From the NCBI GenBank assembly GCA_036172245.1, contig JAYWIR010000034.1, positions 1,860,001 through 1,924,000 of the forward strand: 64,000 nucleotides of DNA, written 5' to 3'. The stretch is from Raillietiella orientalis (lineage: Eukaryota). The position numbers were made by a program, and so were the translations under genes. Below, one piece after another: positions 25,205 to 33,529 of the stretch (its first letter is position 1; the number at the start of each line of letters is the position of its first letter). The notes under the pieces were generated by a model that was not told where the DNA came from, did not search any database, and was given only the letters and a program-made list of their open reading frames with translations.

Positions 25205-28200
25205 CTAGGGGTTGGCCGGCAGGTGAGGCGGCACCAGGGCGGTCTGCAGACGGGCCCGGATGGCGGTCGCGGCTGCCGCAGTGATCTCATGGGGCGCCTT
25301 CCTTGTGAGGGAGGCCCCTGCCTGGGCGTTGGAGGCACGGAGAGGAACCGCAGAGGGCCTTCGGGAAGGGTGCGCCACCGCAGGCACCGCCCTGTAGTGC
25401 ACCTGTGTCGAAGGTCGCGTCGCAGACACCGACGTCCTATGAGAGCGGACCGGTAGCACCATTGTCACCACCTTCCGGTGGCCATACGTGGCTTCTCGAA
25501 CCACCGGCACCACTTTCCGATGAGCATATGTAGCTGGTTTGACTACTGGCACCACCTTCCTGTGGGCATAGGGGGCTGTTCGAACCACCGGCGCCACCTT
25601 CCGGTGGACATGAACGGGTGATCTCACCACCGGCACCACCTTCCGATGAGCATAGGTCGCTGGTTTGACTACTGGCACCACCTTCCTGTGGGCATAGGGG
25701 GCTGTTCGAACCACCGGCACCACCTTCCGGTGGACATGAACGGGTGATCTCACCACCGGTACCACCTTCCGATGAGCATAGGTCGCTGGTTTGACTACTG
25801 GCACCACCTTCCTGTGGGTATAGGGGGCTGTTCGAACCACCGGCACCACCTTCCGGTGGACATGAACGGGTGATCTCACCACCGGTACCACCTTCCGGTG
25901 AGCGTAAACGGGTGATCTCACCACCGGCACCACCTTCCGGTGAGCGTAAACGGGTGATCTCACCACCGGCACCACCTTCCGGTGAGCATGAACGGGTGAT
26001 CTCACCACCGGCACCACCTTCCGATGAGCATAGGTCGCTGGTTTTACTACTGGCACCACCTTCCTGTGGGCATAGGGGGCTGTTCGAACCACCGGCACCA
26101 CCTTCCGGTGAGCATGAACGGGTGATCTCACCACCGGTACCACCTTTCGGTGAGCGTAAGCGGGTGCTCGCACCACCGGTACCACCTTCCGATGAGCATA
26201 GGTCGCTGGTTTGACTACTGGCACCACCATCCGGTGGGGATGGGTGGTTGTTCGAACCACAGGCACCACTTTCCGGTGAGCATAAACGGGTGATCTCACC
26301 ACCGGCACCCTCTTCCGGTGAGCGTAAGCGGGTGCTCGCACCACCGGCACTACCTTCCGATGTGCATAGGTCGCTGATTTGACTACTGGCACCAGCTTCC
26401 GGTGGGGATGGGTGGTTGTTCGAACCACCGGCACCACCTTTCGGTGAGTGTAAACGGGTGCTCGAACCACAGGCACCACCTTCCCATGAGCATAGGTCGC
26501 TGGTTTAACTACTGGCACCACCTTCCGGTGGGCATAGGTTGATGCTCGAACAACTGGCACCACCTTCTGGGGTGCGTAAGTTGCAGGTTTGACCACCGGC
26601 AGCGCCTTGTGACGAACGTAAAATGCAGGTTTGACCACCTTGTTGTGGGCAATGGCTGCTGATCGAATCACTGGCACCACTTTGCGGTAAGCGTGGGCTA
26701 CTGGTCTAGCCACCAGTACCTCCTTGTGATGAACGTAGGCCACTGGTTTGGCCACCGGCACCACCTTGCGGTAAGCGTGAGCAGCTGGTCGAACCACCAG
26801 CACCTTGCCGTGAGCATAGGCAGGTGGTCTCACCATCGGCACCACCTTGGGATGAACGTGGACTGCTGGTCGCACCACCGGCACCACTGCGTGGGACGGC
26901 TGCAGGAGCACAGTCTTGTGATGGACGGCGTGGGGCGAGGGGCGCACTGGTGGCGCCACCACCACTTTGCGGACCGAGGCAGCGGGAGATACCCTCAAGG
27001 AATGAGGGCGACTCGGCGCTCTGGGCGCCGTCTTATGGGAGACGTGTTTGCGAGTTGCCAAGGGTGCGGTCGAGACCCCGTACCAGACGACGCGCGGACT
27101 GGGAGCGTGAGAGGCACCGAAGAGGGTTGCGGGCGGCGGCACAGCGCCGCCAGACGCGGAGTGCGCCGAGGAGACATACTGAAGGACCGTGTGGCGGCTC
27201 GGAGGTGGCGGCTGGCGCTTGTAGGCGTATGACGGGGAGGGGGGCCCCGCATAGGAGTAGGCCGCCACGAGAGGTCGGTTGACGGCGTAGTGGGCGGAAG
27301 GAGCTGCCGTCGCGCGAAGGGGGTAGCCCGCGGCAGGTGCAGCAGGCACGACCTTCGTTGCGTAGTAGACCGGCGATCTTCCAGGAAGAGGAGCGTAGCC
27401 TGCAGGAACGACTGCCGGAGGGACGCCTCCGTAGGTGACCCGAGGGGGCACTAGTCCACCCGGAGGAGGCAGGTAGGGAGCGTGGGGAACCTCCTGTTTC
27501 TCCGGCGATGGCTGCTCCGTGCTGCCTTCCGCCGGTTTTTCGTCAGGTGGTTTGCTGGTTGGCTCTTCGGTGGCGCTCGCGTCCGTGGTCTGCGGTTCCT
27601 TTTCGGAGTCTTCCTCCGCGGAAGCATCATCGGGCATGGATTCCTCGTCTTTATCCTCTTCTGGAGGGGCATCATCGGGCATGGATTCCTCCTCGGTGTC
27701 CTCTTCTGGAGGGGCGTCATCATCGGGCATGGGCTCCTCGTCTTTATCCTCTTCTGGAGCTGCATCATCGGGCACGGATTCCTCCTCGCTGTCCTCTTCT
27801 GGAGGGGCATCGTCATCGGGCATGGATTCCTCCTCGGTGTCCTCTTCTGGAGGGGCATCGTCATCGGGCATGGATTCCTCCTCGGTGTCCTCTTCTGGAG
27901 GGGAGTCATCATCAGGCATGGATTCCTCCTCGGTGTCCTCTTCTGGAGGGGCATCATCGGGCATAGGTTCCTCGTCTCCATCCTCCTCTGGAGGGGCTTC
28001 ATCATCGGGCATGGCTTCCTCCCCGGCATCTTCTGGAGGGGCATCGTCATCGGGCATGGATTCCTCATCGCCTTCCCTCTGAGCAGCGACTTTCAGGTTT
28101 GTCTCAGACTTGGAAGGCTGCAGTCGAAGACGCTTCTCTCCTGAAAGGGAAAGTAGGTGGCTTCGACAGGAGTCAACCTGGGAGAGCAGCCCGCCTCCAA

Positions 28201-29271
28201 CACTTCTAGGCACGTCTGCAGCAGTCGGAGGAGTCACCCCCGCCGCCTACCCCGCTTCTCCCCCCCTGAGGGAAGCTCCAGAAGATGGGCTACTAGAGAG
28301 AAGGGAAGCTCAGATGACCCTTCCGCAGTAGTGGGAGTAGAGAGACCCTCGAAGCGGGTTCGCATCGCCCGCGGCCGGGCGAGAGGCGACCGCAGGCGGT
28401 CACTGGGGAGGCCGTTGCCAAACGGGAGAGGTGCTAGACGGGCGAGGAACAGGGGGTCCTCTCTGGAAGGGGTGCTCCGGGGCCTCCCCCACGGGATCCT
28501 ATAGCAGAGCGGATTTCGCGGGGCAGGAACCCGAAGAGGGGGTGGGGAGGCAGAAGTCCGACCTCATCGCCAGGCCTGCCTCCTCCCCATGAGGAGAGCG
28601 CCAGAGTGATGGGAGAAGAAGGCTAAGGCTGCTGCTGCCCCTCCAAGACCCCGGAAGTGCGAAGACGCCCGAGGATCCGCCACCCCACGCATTTTCCCCA
28701 GCGCCCTCTCCTTCTGCCGTTCTCCGGGCGAGGCCTCCACGGAGCCCCGCAGCGAGGAGGTCTCTAGGGGCAGCCATGCGGGGTGCCAGGACTTCCCTCG
28801 GGATGTGGGTCGGATCTTCCCGCCGCCACCGGGCCCCAGCACCCCTTACATTTCGCCCCCGGAAGAGGGAGGGGTCTTGGAGGACCAGGAGGGAGGGGCC
28901 ACTCGCCACCCGCGCCTCCCTGCCACCCAACCCGGCCCGCCCATCCCCGCTGGGAGGGGTCGGAGGCGCACTGTAATGGACCTTTCCGAAGAATAGCGGA
29001 AGTTGACGGCGAAGGGCCACGATCCCGGCTCCGGGAGGGGGCCATCCCTCCTCTCAAGGAAGGAGTCGGATTTCCGCGACCCTCACCCTTCTTTCCCTGG
29101 AGAAAGGCGGGGCAGGGAGGCGGTGGCGGGCGGCGGCGGCGACGGTCCCGCCCCCCTGCGAGCGCCGTCGCGGTGGTGCTGCTGCGCGCGCGCGCGCCTA
29201 CCTGCCGCTCCGAGAGCCACCAACGCCAGAAGGGCAGCCGCCGCCGCCGCCGCCGCCGCCGCGCTTCGCAT
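25205..29271 (-). CDS. Secreted ~1000-aa block-structured low-complexity protein (acidic repeats, Pro/Ala/Tyr linker, His/Arg/Lys/Val repeats)
   Basis: Signal-peptide exon 29271-29202 (MRSAAAAAAAAAALLALVALGAA, phase-1 G|gtagg). Possible 42-nt exon 28292-28251. Large exon 28140-25205 after a ctttcag acceptor, in phase with the 1010-codon ORF. TATA-like CATAAAAA near 29363-29370 and a polyA signal at 24998. Confidence 0.85.
25460..26895 (-). repeat. Coding tandem repeat, 42-nt unit (HRKVVPVV-R/K-xxx-Y/H-A), about 35 copies with higher-order structure
   Basis: Counted in translation. Variant tails RSPVHV/RSPVYA, RTAPYA, KPATYA, RAPAYA and RTTTHP recur in ordered blocks. Confidence 0.95.
27601..28066 (-). 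repeat. Coding tandem repeat, 45-48-nt unit (EESMPDDDAPPEEDTE), 10 copies
   Basis: Counted in translation of the 25205-28237 ORF and visible in DNA (ggcatggattcctcctcggtgtcctcttctggagggg...). Confidence 0.95.
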
Positions 29272-32200
29272 CTTCCTCGGGAGGGGATGTTGACCTGCAG
29301 GCCGGTGACTTCCTGGTCCCGCGCCGCCTCTGGTATTAAGGGCCCCGGCCAGCCTAGGAGTCTTTTTATGCGCCCTCGCAGGTGCCAATGACCACCATCC
29401 GAGGAGGAGGCGGCCGAAGACTCGCGCGGTGGGCGGGAGCGAGAGTGTAGGGCCGCCCCCTTGTCGGTCCGGAGGGAGCGGCCCCACGCGCCCGCCCCCA
29501 CTCCGCTTCCCCCTTCCTCCTTCTCCAAGGCAGCGACAGCCGGAGGCGGAGGGGCGACGCTCCCTGGAGTCTTCCCCCGCCCCCCTCTCCTCCCTCCTCG
29601 GCCCACCCCCTTTCCTAGAAGGGGACTCCACCGCTCCTCTCCGCACTCGGCCGGCGACCTCCACAGGGATCTCCGACCGGATGCGGAGCAGCGCCCTCTG
29701 CGCCCATGTTTTCCCCCGTTTACCCTCTAGCAGGGGCACCCCCCAGTGACGGAGGGTAAATCCTCCCCAACTACAGGGCGGAGCGGCCTCCTTCACCTGC
29801 CCGCTACTGTTCCTCGGGAACTTCCAGGGTGAAAGGCAGAAGGAAGGGGTCGACCGGGGTCAGGGACGCGCTCCCCAGTAGCTCCCCTGGGGGCGAAGCG
29901 TGGTCGGATCGGGGGTCTCCCCGCCTTCCCCTTGGAAGCAACTCCGTCAGTCGCGGCGGCGTCACATGATCTCCCCGCCCGCCCTTGGCGCTCCGGGGAT
30001 CAACGAACCGCCCCAGTCTGGAGGGGGAAGGCTCGCCTCGGGCGCCTCGGACGGGGGAAGGGAGGGGGAGCGTCAACCCTCCGGCTCCGAAGAGGGAGGA
30101 GCAGGTGAGGGGGAGCCTCAGAAGGGAACGAGCGCCTTGTCCCTACTCCCTCTTTCCACCGGAGTGGGGAGGGGGGGCGTCGGCGACCGGGAGCTGTCCG
30201 TCCCTCAAAGAAAGGGGAGGGAAGGAGGGGGAGGAGACTACAGAAAGAGAGAGTGGAGGGAGGAAGCAAACTGCGCCGGGGGCGGAGGTCAAGGGAACGA
30301 CCTCGGTGCACCGCGCCGGGGAGAGAGGAATGTGTTGTCGTCCGGGGACCCTGCCGCGGGCGGACTGCTCCGGGGAGGCGGCGCCCTCGAGCGGGCGGGC
30401 GAGCGCGTTCGGTGCCCCCGTTGGGCCGCCGCCTCGCCGCTTCTCCTTCTGAGTCCCCCTCCCTCCTTCCCCCCTCCTCCCTTTCTCCTCCTCCCCTCCC
30501 TCTCTCCCTTCGTTTCGCCTTTCCCGCCGCGGGCAGCTCGCCACCGGGGAAGCCAATGGGGCGCCTCCCTGCTGCCGCCGTCGCCGCAGCAGCGGCGACG
30601 GCGGCAGCGCAGACCGCCATCTTGGTTGCGGCCAGGAGGCACCTCTTTTCGCCGCGGACTGACCGCCGCTCCCGGGGGATCCAGCACCCGCAGGCTGCTC
30701 CCGGGAACGGGCAGATCGGCACGGGCGCACGCACCTCTGGGAGGTCCCCCCCTCGCAGCCTCTCGCCGGCCCTCTTTTGCCGGGGGACTGGCGGAACACG
30801 CACCGCACTCCCTGCTACAAGGGTTCACCTCGCGGGGCGGGGCGGAAGGAGAGCGGGGCCGGTGGATGGGAGCAGAGGGCGCTGCTCGACTGCGCCCAGC
30901 AGCTTCCCTCTTTCTTCCCCTTGGTCCTGGTCCCTCTGGACACTCTCCCCACGGAGCCCCCCTGTCCCCGCGGCTGGACCCCCACGCATGATCCTGAGCG
31001 CGGAACGAGTAGGCAGACCGAAAACGACGCACCCGAGGGTCTGCCTCTCTCCCTTCGTCCTCTTCTTCCCGGACGAAGCCTGCAGGACTCCCCCTGGCCG
31101 CACTGCCGGCGGCCACAGGGACTCGGGCGGGCAGACCTGGTAGGGCCCGCCACTTTTTCCAGCCCCTTCCGAGGGAATACAAACCCCGGAGCATTCGATA
31201 GTTCCCCTGGACCCCAGCGCTTAAGGGCCGTGCGAACTTTCCCAAGGGGAGGAGGACCAGAGGACAAGGGCAAACAGGAATTCCAGAGCGCCCGGAGTGT
31301 TGCTCGGCGGCTACGGGTCTCCCGGGAGAGAGGCTGACCACTGGGCGCGGACGGAGGACAGAGAGAACCGGGTGGACGGAGTCGCTTCCCTAGATGACGA
31401 CCAGGAAGGGGTGGGAGGGAAGCTGCGACAGCGGTTTCGGCCCCTGCCCCGGAGCTGCGGAGCGAAACCTCCCTCTCAACCCTGCGGATCGAGGCGGCGG
31501 CGACGAGCGCACGCCCTGGAGGGGGGGGGTCGCTGCCAGAGCCACCCTGGGGCAGCAGCGAACCGGAAGCGTCCGATGCGAGCGCAGCGGCGACCGGCAG
31601 CCACCGCCGCCGCACGAGGATGGGCTCGACGGGGGGCCTCTGAGTTTCGCGGTGCCGCGCCGTGACCTGAGAGCAGGCGGTCGACCAGCGACCGCCGCAC
31701 TGCGTTCCCCGCCGAGAGTCGCCGCAGGCCCGCCATTGGCCTGTCCACGGAGGCGGTAGTGGTGGTGGTGGTGGAAAAGGTGGTTGTGGGGATTCCCTTC
31801 TCCACCATCTGCCGACAGACGGGACCCAAAAGCCAGCCGCTCCACCCTCCGCGTCCGAGAGACCTCGAGGAGGAGGGCTGGCGAACCCGGAAGCGGGCAG
31901 AGAACGGGAGCCCTCCAGGAGGGTGGAGATGCGATGAGGAGGAGGAACGCTGGAGGGGCCGGGAGGCACCGTCCGCAATCCCGGGCCGGACTCTAGAACC
32001 CTGGCAGGCGCGATGGTTGCCTCGCCTGGACCCCGCCTTCGGGGTCTGGGAGCCTTTCCCGTCGGCTCCCCGGTCAGCACCGGAACTTTCGAAGGTTCCC
32101 AGCAAGCGGGAGGGCGGGAAAGAGCGAAGATGCTTCCCGAATCCGTCCGTTCGTCACAAGCAGACCTCTGGCCTCCGTCCCCATTTGCATGCTGCCTGTC

Positions 32201-32714
32201 CTCGCGGAGGATTTGCTAATGGGCAGCGGGCCGGGCGGCGGCGCTTCTCCCTCCCCTGCGACTGGGCAATGACCCCGCAGCTCCTGGAGGGCTGGCATTT
32301 CCCTTCCCCACGACGACTCTTCCCCCCCCCCCCCTCCCGAAAGGGGTGGGCAGCCCGTCGGTCGGGAATTCCGCTTTCTTGGAAACGCGTCCGCTCCTCC
32401 CGACCCCCTTTCCCCCTCCTCCGCGGTCCAGTTCCCGTCATGGGAAAGGCGACGCCCCGGTAGAGGCCGAGTGGATCGCCGTGTCCCGAGAGGCTGGTCC
32501 TCGAGGGGCTGGCCCCGAGAGAGGATCCTGTGAGTTCGATGTCCTCCGTGACAGAAGAGGGCGAGGGGAGGGGGGGCTTCCTTCCATACACCGCTCCCGC
32601 TGCTGTGCTCTCCCGGGCCCTTCGCGCTCCGCGCGAGCCCGCGTTGTCCCCGGCGGGCAGCGGTCGCGTCCGCCGGTCAGGAAACCGTGCCGTCGCCGTT
32701 GGCTCTCGCGTCAC

Positions 32715-32795
32715 TCAAGGTCGCCGACATCCCCGGCGCCTCGTAAATACTGTTAGGCGGAGGGTCACGGACACGTGACCCCCGCGGATAAAAAA
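32715..32795 (+). promoter_or_regulatory. Putative core promoter with nuclear-receptor-type motifs
   Basis: TCAAGGTCG (FTZ-F1-type YCAAGGYCR) at 32715-32723. Inverted repeat GGGTCACG-gaca-CGTGACCC at 32762-32781 containing CACGTG. TATA-like GATAAAAA at 32787-32794, about 80 nt before the ATG at 32870. Confidence 0.45.
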
Positions 32796-32869
32796 TCCTG
32801 GGAGGGCGGGAGCGCCGGGGAGTTTTCAGCGGCGCCTCGACCTGCTCAGATCCATTCCAGACGCCGAGG

Positions 32870-33529
32870 ATGAAGCGCGCCGCTCTCGTCTTGCTGCTGG
32901 TGCTGGAGGTCGCACGTAAGGGATTTGCTCGATTTGCTCCCCCTCCACCTCCACCCCTCCGTGGGTCCTTCCTCCCCCCGCGCGCGACCCGGTCCAGTCT
33001 CCTCAAGGACGGGGGGGAGGAGGCAACCCGCCCTCGGCTTCCCTCCCTCCCTCTTCCCCACCCTCCCCTTTTTGTCGCGGTGGCGACTCCCTCTCCCCAT
33101 CTCTCACCTCTCCTTCTTCTTTCCCTAGTCGGGAGGTTCCTGGAAGGCGAAGTCTACGCTCCCGTGTCGGAGGAGGAGAAGGGTGAGGCGGAAGCGACCA
33201 GAGGAGAGGGACAGCCCTCCCCGGCCGGCGTGGAGGACGCCCCGTCCGAGATGGTGGCTCCTCCCCCGGGAGAGGAAGAGGAGGAAGAGGCGGCGGCTGC
33301 CGCGGCGGCGGACACCGGCGGGGAGGAGGAGACGCCGGCGCTGCAGATCGACCAGGACGAGCTCGAGGAGGCAGTGGCGCTGTCGATGAGCCCGGCCTAC
33401 TCCGAGGTCTCCAAGATGCTGGAGTCGGCCGACCCGGAGGAGCTGGCTCTGGGCACCGTTCTGGACGACCGATCCGACCCCGCGCCAGTGGCCGACAGGG
33501 AGGGCGAAGACGCGTCCGCCTACCACTAG
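32870..33529 (+). CDS. Small secreted highly acidic protein (148 aa)
   Basis: Exon 32870-32915 (MKRAALVLLLVLEVA, phase-1 C|gtaagg), a pyrimidine-rich 213-nt intron ending ccctag, and exon 33129-33529 (LGRFLEGEVYAPVSEEEKGEAE...DQDELEEAVALSMSPAYSEVSKMLESADPEELALGTVLDDRSDPAPVADREGEDASAYH*). Strong GC3 codon bias; AATAAA at 33714-33719. Confidence 0.8.
   Translation: MKRAALVLLLVLEVARKGFARFAPPPPPPLRGSFLPPRATRSSLLKDGGEEATRPRLPSLPLPHPPLFVAVATPSPHLSPLLLLSLVGRFLEGEVYAPVSEEEKGEAEATRGEGQPSPAGVEDAPSEMVAPPPGEEEEEEAAAAAAADTGGEEETPALQIDQDELEEAVALSMSPAYSEVSKMLESADPEELALGTVLDDRSDPAPVADREGEDASAYH

Noticed and set aside
25460..26895. Regular 42-nt repeats with variable segments resembling a CRISPR array
   Set aside because: Variable parts recur rather than being unique spacers, the array is in-frame coding, the DNA is eukaryotic and no cas genes are present.
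27451..28144. ORFs reading GVLFWRGIIGHGFLL, SSSGGASSGMD or NPCPMMTPLQKRT
   Set aside because: Alternate-frame and antisense readings of the acidic repeat, which belongs to the continuous 25205-28140 exon.
31390..31845. Poly-His stretch (HNHLFHHHHHY) in a minus-strand ORF between the structural genes
   Set aside because: It derives from a short (GGT)n run with no signal peptide, splice sites or codon bias.
33348..33392. DQDELEEAVALSM resembles a ubiquitin-interacting motif
   Set aside because: The protein has a signal peptide, and the match is easily produced by an acidic Ala-rich helix.
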